A program made the translations under genes and the position numbers. The notes below the pieces were generated by a model. The model ran no database searches. It worked only from the letters and a program-made list of their open reading frames with translations, and was not told the origin of the DNA. A stretch of 64,000 nt of DNA from a virus, in IMG/VR virus record IMGVR_UViG_3300017971_000201, positions 1 through 64,000 of that record; one strand, given 5' to 3'. This document shows, piece by piece, positions 50,925 to 61,539 of the stretch. Numbering within the stretch: position 1 is the first letter of the stretch; each line of letters begins with the position of its first letter.

Positions 50925-52121
50925 CTAGACAGCCCGCCAAGTAGCGAGGCCGTTGACCCCAACTCTACCGGCCGCGCCAGCAGCGCCCGGGACCGCAGTC
51001 CCGCCAGACGTCCAAGCTGTGCCTCCGGCTCCACCGGTCCCGGCTGATCCTCCATTGGCGTGAACAAAGGATCCGTTCACATTCGTCGGCGTGCCCCTGT
51101 AGTAGACGTCCACCTTGCCGCCGCTCCCGCCGTTTCCACCGCCACCGCCACCGCCACCGACAGCATTGGCCGAGTCTGGACGTTGACCGGAGCCTCCTTG
51201 CGCGCCACCACCGGCGGCACCGCCGTCTGCCGAGACCCTGCCCGACCCCCCGATCGTAAGATCGCCGCCAACCCAGAGTTCAAGGAGTCCCCCGCCGGCT
51301 CCGCCAGAGCCTCCGCCTCCGCCCGAACCTGCGTTGAGCGAGGTGGGCGGCGTCGTACCGTTCGCGCCATTGCCGACGTTTGTTCCCGTCTGTTCGCTCG
51401 GGTTGAAAGTCCCGCCTGCCCCGCCGACGTAGTACCCGGCCGAGGGAAAGCCGCCTCCACCTCCACCACCTCCGGGACCGCCGGGACCGCCCTCCAAAAA
51501 CACGGCCGCCAACTTAGCAGACGCGAGATCGTCCAGCATATTGGCAAGGGCAGTGGGCAGCGTCGTGCCGACAGTGCCCTGCGAGCCCGGATTTGAGCCA
51601 TTCGATGTTGGCGGCTCAACGCCACCAGCACCGCCTGTCCCGGCGCCGGCCCCGTCCAACATGGAAGACCGACTAGAGCCATTTCCACCGGCACCGCCGT
51701 CACCGATATTCGTTACCGGCGTGCCGAAGTAGATGCTGCCACCACTACCGCCACCACTGCCGCCACTAGAGGCCGTTATTCTGTGGTAAGCGCCGCTTGA
51801 GTTCGCGCCGGGGAGGCCGTTATTACCGGGATGCGCCTGCGTGGCATCGCCACCAGTACCGCCATTGGCTCCCGGCCCGCCTCTCCCGTCAGCGTGGATC
51901 GCGCCGTTGATGGTGCAGTTCTCGCGGACACGCACCACCAGACGACGTCCAACCGCTGCGGTAATGGCGTAGGAGCCGGTCGACAGCGAATTGAAGTTCA
52001 GCTCGCCGTACTGGTCGACCATGTCCGTAACAAGCGTGACGTCCCCCAGCGAGCCGTCGCCAAAGTCGATCGGCGGGCTGATGTCAGCCTGGGTCGCAAG
52101 ATCGCCAATCCTAACTACCAT
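50925..52121 (-). CDS. Glycine-rich tail/virion protein
   Basis: FGDGSLGD and GGGGG repeats. Confidence 0.7.
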   Translation of the reverse strand: MVVRIGDLATQADISPPIDFGDGSLGDVTLVTDMVDQYGELNFNSLSTGSYAITAAVGRRLVVRVRENCTINGAIHADGRGGPGANGGTGGDATQAHPGNNGLPGANSSGAYHRITASSGGSGGGSGGSIYFGTPVTNIGDGGAGGNGSSRSSMLDGAGAGTGGAGGVEPPTSNGSNPGSQGTVGTTLPTALANMLDDLASAKLAAVFLEGGPGGPGGGGGGGGFPSAGYYVGGAGGTFNPSEQTGTNVGNGANGTTPPTSLNAGSGGGGGSGGAGGGLLELWVGGDLTIGGSGRVSADGGAAGGGAQGGSGQRPDSANAVGGGGGGGGNGGSGGKVDVYYRGTPTNVNGSFVHANGGSAGTGGAGGTAWTSGGTAVPGAAGAAGRVGVNGLATWRAV

Positions 52122-52142
52122 CTACCGCCCTCCAAGGGCTCG

Positions 52143-52733
52143 CTAGGCGTTGTACTCGTAACCGAAGTGCAGGACGTCCAGGTATTGACCGAGCAGATCA
52201 TTCACATGCCCGCCGAGCCTCTGGAATCCGAACTGGATGCGATCCCCCGCGCCGAAGGTGCCGGCAGTCAACTGCCTGATCGTCACCTTGGCGGGGCCAG
52301 TCGTGTTGTCGGCCACTGAGATGTCTGCGTCCGTCTGCGAGATCGCATTGACGGTCTTCGCCGAGACGTCGAAGACCTCGCCATCTGTTCGCAGCCTGAC
52401 CACGTTGTTCGGAGACGCAACCGCAGCTCCCGTGCGACAGAGCATGTAGATCGTGAGGTTGCCACCAACGTAGTTCCCTGGAACATCGAATTCGAAGAAC
52501 TGGCCGCTAGTAGAACCGTCTGGATAGCGCTGGGATCTGGTCCGGGTGCCCGACGTCACGGTCTGAGGCGCAGCGATTCCGCCGATGTCGTCGGTGAACT
52601 CGATCAGCCTGGAGTCCGTCGCCGTCCCACCGGACACAGAGTTCCCGGACTCGTCGGTCAGTACGTCAGCGTTCGTCAAGGGGACGGGTTCTCCGGTAAC
52701 CCGGTTCTTTCCGTAAGCAACAACGTCTGCCAT
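52143..52733 (-). CDS. Putative virion protein
   Basis: Beta-sandwich-like; structural context. Confidence 0.55.
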   Translation of the reverse strand: MADVVAYGKNRVTGEPVPLTNADVLTDESGNSVSGGTATDSRLIEFTDDIGGIAAPQTVTSGTRTRSQRYPDGSTSGQFFEFDVPGNYVGGNLTIYMLCRTGAAVASPNNVVRLRTDGEVFDVSAKTVNAISQTDADISVADNTTGPAKVTIRQLTAGTFGAGDRIQFGFQRLGGHVNDLLGQYLDVLHFGYEYNA

Positions 52734-52735
52734 GG

Positions 52736-54202
52736 CTAGAACACCAATCCGATGACGTGAGCGTCGAGCGTCAGGGTCGTTCCTGTCGCTCCTGTGTCGA
52801 TGCCGAGCTTGACGATCTGGCCGGCGGTGGCGATCTGGAACTTGCCTCCCGACGGGAATCGCCAAGCGTTCCCGACAGCCAGAAGGCCGGTGAGGATCTG
52901 CGAGGCGAAGATGTCATCCTCACCCGCAGCGATGCCAACGCCGGCCGTGGGCGGCGCAGTGATCGCGGTTGCTGTGGTCGGAACGAGAACGACATCGAAG
53001 ATGATCGCGGTCTTCCCTGCGGGAACGGTATACAGGCTCGTGACCGCCACTGCCTTGCCGTCGACCCCAGACACCAGCGCCAGGCGGCCGACCTGGTGAA
53101 GCGTGGCCAGGTTCCCGCTGGGATCGTGGGTCATCGTGACCCCGTCCACCTTGGTAGCGTGGCCGGTCGCGTTGACGGCCATGCCCTTGGTGCCGTCGAC
53201 CCTGGTCTTGATCCCGGCAGCCGCCACATCGATGCCGTTCGCGGTGTCCGGCTTGACCTTGAGGCCGCTCGCGTCGACATCCATGCCGAGGCTGGTGTTG
53301 ACCTTGACCTCGCCTACGCCCGCCGCGATGGCGAGGCCCTTGTCGGAGTCGGCGGTCCACTTGCCGATGGTGCCACCGCCCGAGGCTGAAGTGGCGATCG
53401 GGACCACGATGCCGATCTGGTTCCACTGGGTCGCGTCCGCGTCCCAGGCGTACTGCTCGTCCTCTGCCAGGACAAGATGCTGCTCGCCTGGCTCGAGGGT
53501 CGCGGTCGCCCGGCTGATCCCGAAGTTCCGGCTCCCAGGATCGCTCGAGGGAAGCGCGACCAGGGTCGTATTGCGGTAGTCCAGGTCGTTGGGAACCGTC
53601 CCGAAGTCGACGATCTGGCCGGCCGTCGTCGTTCCGTAGAGCCTGTCGTTGTCGCCGTCATCGGGAATGAGCTTGCGGATCAGCACCACGTCAGTGGCGA
53701 TGGCAGCCAGGTCCGTGTGAACGGCTGCCGCCCAGTACGAGGAGTCGGTCGTGATCTGCGAGGCGAGGTTCGCCAGAGAGGCGGCGGCGGAGCCGCCGAT
53801 CTGGACCTCGAACGGGAGCGTGGCCGTGGTCTTCCAGGTGAACGTCTCGGCCCCGTCTGTGTCGTTCTCGATGACGACCGTCTCGTTGTTGATCGGCAGG
53901 CCGGTGAGATAGAAGATGACGGCCGACTGGATCCCATCGTTGGCGCTGTCCAGCTGGCTCGAGCTGAGCAGGGCCTCCTTCCAGATACCGGTCGCGACAT
54001 CGTGCTTGTAGGCGACCTCCGCATCGCGGCCCGGATCGGGGAACTTGACGATCCTGTCCGCAGTGGCCGGCTCGTCCCAGTCCATGATGATCTTGCGAAC
54101 CGCCGCTGCATCTTGCAGATCGACGCTGGTCTGGAGCCTGGCGTTAGTGAGAGTCCGGTCGCTCTGGATGTCGAGGACTTGCTCAGTGGGGAAGGGCGGC
54201 AT
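52736..54202 (-). CDS. Fiber-like virion protein
   Basis: Shaft-like repeats G(L/M/I)xV...G.KVK. Confidence 0.65.
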   Translation of the reverse strand: MPPFPTEQVLDIQSDRTLTNARLQTSVDLQDAAAVRKIIMDWDEPATADRIVKFPDPGRDAEVAYKHDVATGIWKEALLSSSQLDSANDGIQSAVIFYLTGLPINNETVVIENDTDGAETFTWKTTATLPFEVQIGGSAAASLANLASQITTDSSYWAAAVHTDLAAIATDVVLIRKLIPDDGDNDRLYGTTTAGQIVDFGTVPNDLDYRNTTLVALPSSDPGSRNFGISRATATLEPGEQHLVLAEDEQYAWDADATQWNQIGIVVPIATSASGGGTIGKWTADSDKGLAIAAGVGEVKVNTSLGMDVDASGLKVKPDTANGIDVAAAGIKTRVDGTKGMAVNATGHATKVDGVTMTHDPSGNLATLHQVGRLALVSGVDGKAVAVTSLYTVPAGKTAIIFDVVLVPTTATAITAPPTAGVGIAAGEDDIFASQILTGLLAVGNAWRFPSGGKFQIATAGQIVKLGIDTGATGTTLTLDAHVIGLVF

Positions 54203-54273
54203 CGCGTCTCCTCTTCCTACGAACCGGCATTATACAAAGCCGTCTGCCGAGCGCCTTTCCGTCAACCGAAGAG

Positions 54274-55158
54274 CTACAGCCAGTGCTCGTCCACCCAGTC
54301 GAGCGTCGGCCTCAGATCGAGATCATCGGCCTCCGCCAGCAGCTCGTCGATCTTCCCGGTCTCGTCCAGGTCCACCGGCTTCTGGAGCTGGGGTTGGATC
54401 CGGCGGAACCTGTCCCCCAGGATCCGCTCGGCCGACGTCGTGGCGGCCATGACCGGCGCGTCGAACACAGCCGGCATCAGGAGCCCAGGATCGAGCGCCC
54501 ACTGGTAGATCCCCCAGTCCATCCCGTCGGCTGCTTGGATCGCCGGCCTGAAGGCCCCGGTGCCCAGCGAGAGCATCACGACACTGTCGAGCCGGAGGCC
54601 CTTGATCTGGGTCTCCGTGATCGCGAACGGGGCTGGGTTGTTCGCGAACAGACCCCCATCGGCGTAGCAGCAGCCGTCGGGGCCGGTGAAGCCTGGGAGG
54701 TAGGTCGGGGCCGCCGCCGAAGCGAGCCCGACCTCCCATAGGGTCCAGCTGTCGTCATCCTTGTTGAAGAACTTGGGCCGCCACCTGGAGATGTTCAGCG
54801 CCGGAACGAGGATGTCCGCGCCGAGATCGCCGACGAGGGTGTCCCCGTATGAGCCCTTGAGCGCCCTCTTCAGCGGCTCAGCGGCGTAGTCGGCCCGCCG
54901 CAGCTCGTCGAGCGCGAACCGGTCCCAGAAGTCACGGTGCGAGAAGATGTGAGGCCCAGTGTCCTCGTACAGCTCGACGATGTCGTGAGCCGACAGGCCC
55001 TTTGCGAGCGCGAGCGCGAGGATCGAGCCTGTGGACGTGCCCGCGAACATGTCGGTCTTGGCAGCGAAGCCGGGACGAGCTTCGCCCAACCGCTCCACGA
55101 TCCGAGCGGAGAGGATGCCGCGAATGCCGCCACCATCGAAGCTGAGGATCCTATACAT
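54274..55158 (-). CDS. Patatin-like phospholipase
   Basis: SFDGGGIRG, GTSTG, ASAAAPTY, DGGLFANNP, LSLGTG. Confidence 0.92.
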   Translation of the reverse strand: MYRILSFDGGGIRGILSARIVERLGEARPGFAAKTDMFAGTSTGSILALALAKGLSAHDIVELYEDTGPHIFSHRDFWDRFALDELRRADYAAEPLKRALKGSYGDTLVGDLGADILVPALNISRWRPKFFNKDDDSWTLWEVGLASAAAPTYLPGFTGPDGCCYADGGLFANNPAPFAITETQIKGLRLDSVVMLSLGTGAFRPAIQAADGMDWGIYQWALDPGLLMPAVFDAPVMAATTSAERILGDRFRRIQPQLQKPVDLDETGKIDELLAEADDLDLRPTLDWVDEHWL

Positions 55159-55165
55159 CTGACTC

Positions 55166-56509
55166 CTACAAGGTGATGTTGTGGGCGACATCGTTGCCTG
55201 TACCGACGCTAATCTCAGTCGTGTGACCGGAGACTACGTTACCGACGCACGTGCAGTTGGTGGCCCCGGAGAGATCGATCCCCTTACCCGCTGCGCTGTT
55301 GTTCTTCACCTTGTTGTTGCTCACGACAGACCGATCGTCGGCAACGATCCCGTGCCCTCCGTTGTTCTCGACGCGATTGCCCTCGATCACGCAGTCGGGG
55401 TCATTGCCACACTGGATCCCAACACCCGTGTTCCCGATCACCTGGTTGTTCGCGAGCACGCCATCGTCGCCGCCCTGGATCCCGACACCTCCGTTCTCGC
55501 CGATCAGGCAGCCCTCGACGAGGTTGTACTGGCCGTCGTAGTCGATGCCGTCGCCACCGTTACGGCAGATCATCCCGGAAGCGATCAGGGTGGCCTTCGT
55601 GCCCGGCTCTGTGTTCGCCCCCTTGCCGTTGTTGTCACAGAACTGGCTGTCGGTGACGTTCGTCGCCTCGGTGGCCCCGTCGACCATCAGGCCGTCGCCA
55701 CCGTTCTGGACCGCGACACACTCGGCGAAGATGCACTTCTCACAGCCCGTGAGCTGGAACCCGTGGGACACACTGTTCTGCGCGTATCCCGCCTGAAGCT
55801 CGATCATCGTGCACGAGGTCAGCTTGACGCCGACACCGCCGACGTCCTCAGCACCACCGCCCAGCAGGAACGCGGCAGTGCAGTCGACCAGCTCTAACCC
55901 GTGCGACCCGTGCTTCTTGCTGACGATCTTCTCCAGCACAGCGTGCTGAATACCCCGCAGGTAGATGCCGACGCCGAGACCACCGACGACGATCAGGCTG
56001 CTGATCGTGAGACCGGCAAACATACCGCGAGCCTCGTAGGCGATCCCAGAGATTGCCCTGCCTCTGAAGGTCGACTGGAGTTCGAGGTGCGTGTCGTCGG
56101 TGATCGAGGCCACCAGATGGTACGCGGCGTGTAGCCGGATGAAGACGTAGTTCGTGCTGGGATCCGGGAGACTGGTGAAGCTCGTCCCGACACCGGTCAC
56201 CGTGGTCGATCCATTCGGGACCGAGACAGTGCCCGCCGTCTCCTTCGCCGCTCCGGCGTCGGCCTTGATCTGCGACGCGGTGCCGGCGAAGTAGATCAGC
56301 GTCTCGCCAGCCGTCTCCCCCTGGAGCACACCGCCTGAAGGCATGACGATGTCCGACGTCTCGACGTACGTGCCATTCTTGACGAAGACCGTTCGATTCC
56401 CCTCGGCGAACGCCTCGGCGATGCTCTCGTAGTCTCCCCTTCCATCCTTGGCAACAGTTGCATCGAACTGCCTGGTGGCCGGATGGTCCTTAACTGCTAC
56501 GCCGGTCAT
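55166..56509 (-). CDS. Right-handed beta-helix protein (tailspike/depolymerase-like)
   Basis: GRGDYESIAEA, VFVKNGTY, repeated N.G.GI units. Confidence 0.8.
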   Translation of the reverse strand: MTGVAVKDHPATRQFDATVAKDGRGDYESIAEAFAEGNRTVFVKNGTYVETSDIVMPSGGVLQGETAGETLIYFAGTASQIKADAGAAKETAGTVSVPNGSTTVTGVGTSFTSLPDPSTNYVFIRLHAAYHLVASITDDTHLELQSTFRGRAISGIAYEARGMFAGLTISSLIVVGGLGVGIYLRGIQHAVLEKIVSKKHGSHGLELVDCTAAFLLGGGAEDVGGVGVKLTSCTMIELQAGYAQNSVSHGFQLTGCEKCIFAECVAVQNGGDGLMVDGATEATNVTDSQFCDNNGKGANTEPGTKATLIASGMICRNGGDGIDYDGQYNLVEGCLIGENGGVGIQGGDDGVLANNQVIGNTGVGIQCGNDPDCVIEGNRVENNGGHGIVADDRSVVSNNKVKNNSAAGKGIDLSGATNCTCVGNVVSGHTTEISVGTGNDVAHNITL

Positions 56510-56513
56510 GAAA

Positions 56514-57686
56514 CTACTCCACAGCCGCCGCCCAGATAGCGGCGCTTGTCGGCTGGGTCAGGGTACCAGCCGTCGCTGGCAGTGTCGTCCCAGCGGACGC
56601 CTCAAAGTAAAGCGGCCAGAACCCGCCAGAGCCGCTGCCGGTCGCCCTGAACGACGGCTGACTCGCATCGCAGATGAACGCGACCCAGTAGTAGCCACTC
56701 GTTGGCACGAGATAGGACGCAGTCAGCGGAACCGTGTTGGTCCCCGGCGTGTTCGTGTTCACCTGCGCCGTCTCAGCGACCTTCGTGTTCGGCGTCCCGG
56801 TTGGGCTCGTCGGGGTCGCCTGAGAGTAGAGACCAAGCCTGATGTACCTGGTCGTCGACCCGCCACCGACGACGTTGCACTTCATGTTGTTGATCGTGAT
56901 CCCGGCTGGGAGCCACACCCTGGCGTACTGGACAGTCGAGGTCGAGATCGAGCCGGCGGTCTGCACCACGCCACGACTGAACGTCGCCCATTCACCAGGC
57001 TGATCGACTGGGGACGGATTGAGCCAGTACCGGGAGAGTCTGGCGTCAGCCCGCGCCTTGGGAATCGCATTGGCTGCTGGAGTGGCAGTCGCAACTTCGT
57101 CAACGCCGTTGTGCTGGTGCGATGTCGCGTGCCCCGTCGGGGTCCTCGCGTCGCTCAGACGACTGTCGTTGCCAGCACACGATTGCTGCGCCCCAGTACC
57201 GAGGGTTCTGAGCGATCCCGTGGCGGCAGCAGCATCCACTGCCATAGCGTCTGTTCCACCAGGCTGATGGCGAGCTGCGTGCAGGGCGGCCGGAAACGTC
57301 CCTGTATTTGGCGCGAGATCGACATTCTGATCAGGCATAGCCAGCACACGCGTTGCGCCAGCGGCTACCGATCCAGCGTCCAGCCGGACGCGCTTTGTGG
57401 TAGTAACCGGATCCCGGACCAACTCGGTCGTGTCATCGACCGGGAAGGTCACGGGGGACTGAGCCGCTAGGCTCTGCTCCTTTGTCTGATCGTCCCCGTC
57501 GATGTTGAGGAGCAGGTCGTCGGCCGCTATGTACGACGCCACCTCCCGGTCGTTCTGTATTTCGGACACGCTCGCGTAGTCAGTGAGTGTGACCTGCCCA
57601 CTGGCCGGGATCTCCTGGTTCGGAACCGGGAGCTGTGTCAGCGCGAGCGCCCCAGCTGTCTGGTTCTTGCCGATGATCACACTCAT
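56514..57686 (-). CDS. Tail fiber-like protein
   Basis: HAARHQPGGTD, GNDSRLSDAR, HATSH motifs. Confidence 0.7.
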   Translation of the reverse strand: MSVIIGKNQTAGALALTQLPVPNQEIPASGQVTLTDYASVSEIQNDREVASYIAADDLLLNIDGDDQTKEQSLAAQSPVTFPVDDTTELVRDPVTTTKRVRLDAGSVAAGATRVLAMPDQNVDLAPNTGTFPAALHAARHQPGGTDAMAVDAAAATGSLRTLGTGAQQSCAGNDSRLSDARTPTGHATSHQHNGVDEVATATPAANAIPKARADARLSRYWLNPSPVDQPGEWATFSRGVVQTAGSISTSTVQYARVWLPAGITINNMKCNVVGGGSTTRYIRLGLYSQATPTSPTGTPNTKVAETAQVNTNTPGTNTVPLTASYLVPTSGYYWVAFICDASQPSFRATGSGSGGFWPLYFEASAGTTLPATAGTLTQPTSAAIWAAAVE

Positions 57687-58525
57687 GCGCGCCACCTCAC
57701 CCGGACCCAGCCGTGTCCGTTAGTGGTCGTGTTGCCTCCGGCCTTGTTCCGCACGGCCAGAACTACGCCTTGATTGAAGTTCGAGTTCAGATTGCTGACA
57801 TGACCCGATAAGGCAGTCGAAATCAGCTCCGCACCCGTTGCCGCACCTCCGGCGACGACTTCGAAAGTCGCGCTGTCGGTATCCGCCCTGGTATAGCCCA
57901 GCGCGACGACGGTCCCGTTGAAGTAGGCCGGAAAGCCGTCTGTAGCGGAGAACGCCAATCCGTCGATTCCACGGTAGTAAGCGCCTGGCCCGACGTTGCC
58001 GTTTCTTCCGAAGTAGATGAGCCCTTCGACAGCGGACAGCCACTTCGCGCGAGTCGCGTCGTAGCGCATCTCCATGTCGAGAACCGTGTTGTAGTACTTC
58101 GCTCCGTTCGGCGGAGTACCGATACCGGTCGGGTCGGCCGTGAGCGCGCCGTAGTCTGGACGCGTGTCGTTGTCGGCCTTCTGCCAGACTGTTCCGTTGA
58201 AGATGGCCCAATCCCCGACGGTCCAGTTGTTGATCCCGTCTAGGTTCGTGGACCCGGCTACCGAGACGATGTAGTAGTCGCCCTGCGTGCCGACACCCGA
58301 CGCCAGAGCCGGCATGTTCGTGGCCGCATCCCATGTACCCTTGAAGACGATGCCGGACCATGAGGGCTGACCGACGGTCCATCCGCCGAGTCCGTTGCCC
58401 TTGATCACGTCGTCCAGGTTCGGGGCGTATCCGATCTCGGTGAACGGGTCGATCAGGATACCTGACGGGCTGGCCGGATCGACCGGCGTCCCGAAGACGC
58501 CTCCGGGCTTGTTGAGGGCGCTCAT
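57683..58525 (-). CDS. Tail fiber-like protein
   Basis: FKGTWDA.TN.P.L.SG.G..GDYY.V...GDW..FNG..WQK. Confidence 0.7.
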   Translation of the reverse strand: MSALNKPGGVFGTPVDPASPSGILIDPFTEIGYAPNLDDVIKGNGLGGWTVGQPSWSGIVFKGTWDAATNMPALASGVGTQGDYYIVSVAGSTNLDGINNWTVGDWAIFNGTVWQKADNDTRPDYGALTADPTGIGTPPNGAKYYNTVLDMEMRYDATRAKWLSAVEGLIYFGRNGNVGPGAYYRGIDGLAFSATDGFPAYFNGTVVALGYTRADTDSATFEVVAGGAATGAELISTALSGHVSNLNSNFNQGVVLAVRNKAGGNTTTNGHGWVRVRWRA

Positions 58526-59058
58526 GCGAAGTTGACTCCCAGCTCGTACAGAAACCAGCGCCCAACCAAGGTATCCGAGGCCGAGGCCGGGTTTCTGCTC
58601 AGGAGGAACTGAGCAGAATCGCCGGGGCTCAGGCTGAGCGCGGCCAGCGTTGTCGAGAACGACCAGCTCTGGGCCAGGTCGTTTGGAACATCGAGAAGAC
58701 CGAGGGCGCTCGGCCCGGCCCACGCGCCGGCTCCGACCCTCGCGTGCAGGCGCAGGACCACCTGGCCGCCGACCGCCGGGCTGTCCCCAGCTCGTCCCGG
58801 CATACGGAACACCGCTGTCGTCACTCCGGCCGGAATCTTGAGGCTCAGGCCGACACCGGACTCCCCGGAATCCGCGTAGGCGCGACCCAGCCCGGTGACC
58901 GAGTACGTGTCCGACACCACCGGAGCGGTGGCCGTGATCGGCCAGCTCCCCTCCGGTACCTGGAGCATGTCGGCGACGAAGATGCGCTCATTGCCCCATA
59001 CGCCCTGAAGGGGTCCGACCGTGAAACCACCGGGTCCTCGTTTTCCGAAGCCGCTCAC
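58522..59058 (-). CDS. Putative virion protein
   Basis: Resembles 52143-52733 fold pattern. Confidence 0.5.
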   Translation of the reverse strand: MSGFGKRGPGGFTVGPLQGVWGNERIFVADMLQVPEGSWPITATAPVVSDTYSVTGLGRAYADSGESGVGLSLKIPAGVTTAVFRMPGRAGDSPAVGGQVVLRLHARVGAGAWAGPSALGLLDVPNDLAQSWSFSTTLAALSLSPGDSAQFLLSRNPASASDTLVGRWFLYELGVNFA

Positions 59059-59067
59059 TGGCTACCT

Positions 59068-59388
59068 CTACCAGGCCCAGAAACGGAAGGCCGCCCCGGG
59101 AGTGCCCTTCAGCCAGATCGCCTTGAGGCGCCTGAAGTCCTGGGTCAAGACCTCGCCGGTCTTGATGCGACCGTGGTCTGCGCCGCCGCCAGGATCGGCG
59201 GCGATTCGGAAGTAGATGTCGGATCCGGCGTCGTTCGCCAGCATGATCGAGTGGCTCGTGAACGGGTTGGACGTGTCGAGATCCTCGAACACCAGCTCGT
59301 TGTCGGCGTAGGCGCCAGCGCCCTGGATCGTGGTGTCCACGAAGTAGTTGTAGGAGCGAATGCTCGTCTCGCCTGTGCCTGCCATCAC
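59068..59388 (-). CDS. Putative virion protein
   Basis: Structural context. Confidence 0.5.
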   Translation of the reverse strand: MMAGTGETSIRSYNYFVDTTIQGAGAYADNELVFEDLDTSNPFTSHSIMLANDAGSDIYFRIAADPGGGADHGRIKTGEVLTQDFRRLKAIWLKGTPGAAFRFWAW

Positions 59389-59400
59389 GCCCCCCGGGAG

Positions 59401-60147
59401 CTATTGCCCCAGCACCCTGTCGACGGTGCCTCTGTACCTGTAGTTGCGGCCGTCCTGCTCGAACGGCGTCCGGCCAATGTACTTGATCGACGACTGGCCC
59501 TTCCCCGCCGAGGAGTGCTGCACGATCTCATCGAAGGTGCATGAGACCTGGACCATGCGCGGATGGCCGTTCGGGAACCAGGACTCGTAGGTGATCGGCG
59601 CGCTCCGCAGGACCACCAGGATCGCGTCGTCGGTGCCGCCCAGCAGAGAGCCCTCGAGCACGAGCCAGAGCTTCTTGGGCGGGCTGGCTAACGAGTTGAG
59701 CCCGCTCGCCTGTGTGCCGTAGTCCGCCATCATGAACGAGCGCAGCCGCGAGAGCGCAGCTCGGATGTCCACCGTGTAGCGGTCCGATGGCATTAGCCCG
59801 ACGGCGGCCAAGTTCTGATTGATGTTGGCCTGACGGCTCAGGCCACCGCGCTCCTCTCCCATGTCCAGCTCAGCTGTGAACTGCGCCGTGAAAGTGATCT
59901 GCCGGCCGCTGCCGCCGATCCACTGAAGCAGCGGATGGCTCGCGCCCGGAACCTGCTTCTGCGCGTACTCGACGTTGTAGCTGTCGTCCAGAGACTCGGG
60001 CCAGTACTGGAAGACGAAGATCTCGTCGCCCGCACCGGCCGCGCCTGCCTTCTTGCTGCTCACCATCTCCGGGAACATGTAGGCCGCGCGCGGTGTCCGG
60101 TCACGGAAGATGCTCTGCGACTGGCTCAGACCCAGGTTGATCGACAT
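59401..60147 (-). CDS. Contractile-tail tube-like/initiator protein
   Basis: FQYWPESL..YAQKQVPG.SHPLLQW.GG.GR.I.F; NGHPR..V.CTF.E. Confidence 0.7.
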   Translation of the reverse strand: MSINLGLSQSQSIFRDRTPRAAYMFPEMVSSKKAGAAGAGDEIFVFQYWPESLDDSYNVEYAQKQVPGASHPLLQWIGGSGRQITFTAQFTAELDMGEERGGLSRQANINQNLAAVGLMPSDRYTVDIRAALSRLRSFMMADYGTQASGLNSLASPPKKLWLVLEGSLLGGTDDAILVVLRSAPITYESWFPNGHPRMVQVSCTFDEIVQHSSAGKGQSSIKYIGRTPFEQDGRNYRYRGTVDRVLGQ

Positions 60148-60269
60148 AAGCCGAAGCTCCGTGTCCCATTATGCGGCCAGGGGCGGGAGAGCACCAGGAC
60201 GCACCCAAACAGCGAGGGACGACCCGGTACCCTGCGAGCCGCCCCAAGCTGTCCCAGATGGGATGTGTG

Positions 60270-60638
60270 CTACTCGGCCGCGCCGCCGGTCTCGGGGTCT
60301 CGAGCCAGGTCACCCAGCTTCGTGACCGCGTTGTTGATCTTGTACTCGCCCTTCGTGGCCTTCACGATCATCGGGATCATGAAGCGGACGCCCTTCTTGA
60401 GGATCGGGTCGACGAGGCTGTCCGGCAGCCACGGGATGTCGGTCTCGTCGATGACGTGGTCGAGGATCTTCTCGGCCGCCGCCGACTTCTCGGGGCCGGT
60501 CATGCCCCGCACTTCTTCGACGATCTCCATGACCTTCGGGACGATCTCGAAGATGTCCGTCCACTGCCAGCCGTCCTCGAACAGCTCGAGGACGTCCGCC
60601 GCGTGCTTCTGCACCTGCTCGATGGTGAACTCTGCCAT
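60270..60638 (-). CDS. Hypothetical protein
   Basis: TGPEK, DIPWLPD. Confidence 0.55.
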   Translation of the reverse strand: MAEFTIEQVQKHAADVLELFEDGWQWTDIFEIVPKVMEIVEEVRGMTGPEKSAAAEKILDHVIDETDIPWLPDSLVDPILKKGVRFMIPMIVKATKGEYKINNAVTKLGDLARDPETGGAAE

Positions 60639-60657
60639 GATCCTGTCCTTGAGCCCG

Positions 60658-61182
60658 TCAGCTCTCAGAGGGTCCGTCGTCGTCGTCTCCGACGGCGCTG
60701 TCGAGAAAGGAGCCAGCTGCGCTGGCAAGACTCCCTCCTATGGCGCCCGCCGCGCCACCTGTGAGGGCATTGATCGCACCGGACACGAGCCCGGCCGTGA
60801 CGCCCTTGATGATGCTCATCGCGATGTCGCCGAGCGTGTCGAGGACGAGGTGCACGGTCTCCATCAGGAAGCTCGCGGCCTTCGCGTCCGCGACGACCTT
60901 CGATCCCAGGCCCAGCGTCTCCATCGCGCGGACCTTGGACTCGTAGACCTGTGCCCACTGACGGGCCAGGTTGGTGTCTGTCTGCATGAGGCACTTGATC
61001 TTGGCGTCGGCCGCGTCCTTGAACAGCTCCTCGAGCTTGTCCTTGTGGGACGACTCGACGAACTCACCGAACTTCGTCATGAAGTTCCCGCGAATCCGCT
61101 CGGCCGCCTCGACGAGCTTCGGCTCGGCGATGGCGATGATCTGCTCGTTCAGATCAGGGGTCGGCGCTGACTCGCCGCTCAC
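60658..61182 (-). CDS. Hypothetical protein with hydrophobic Gly/Ala-rich C-terminal region
   Basis: GLVSGAINALTGGAAGAIGG. Confidence 0.55.
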   Translation of the reverse strand: MSGESAPTPDLNEQIIAIAEPKLVEAAERIRGNFMTKFGEFVESSHKDKLEELFKDAADAKIKCLMQTDTNLARQWAQVYESKVRAMETLGLGSKVVADAKAASFLMETVHLVLDTLGDIAMSIIKGVTAGLVSGAINALTGGAAGAIGGSLASAAGSFLDSAVGDDDDGPSES

Positions 61183-61496
61183 TGGTCACCTCCGCCGTCG
61201 TCCGTCTTCTTCTCCTCGACGGCTCCCGTCAGGCAGTCGTCGCAGAGGGAGATCGTGGCGTCCACGACGTCCAGCCGGCCCTCCTTCAGCTCGGGGATGA
61301 TCGCCTCGGCTTCGACGGCCGCATCGAGCGCCTCCTCGTAGCCCGGCCGGATGTCCTTCTCCAGGTTGTCCTTGATCTTCTCGATCGACGCCACGTAGCT
61401 GTCGATGCTCACCTTCGTCACGGGGTGACGGTTGCACGCGCAGGCGCTCAGGAACAGAACGCCCACCATCACCGTCGCAGCGAGAACGCGTCTCAC
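61179..61496 (-). CDS. Lipoprotein
   Basis: MRRVLAATVMVGVLFLSAC lipobox. Confidence 0.65.
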   Translation of the reverse strand: MRRVLAATVMVGVLFLSACACNRHPVTKVSIDSYVASIEKIKDNLEKDIRPGYEEALDAAVEAEAIIPELKEGRLDVVDATISLCDDCLTGAVEEKKTDDGGGDQ

Positions 61497-61539
61497 GTCT
61501 TCCTCCTCCCACAGCGGGCCGATTGTTGGGCCACGCGGC

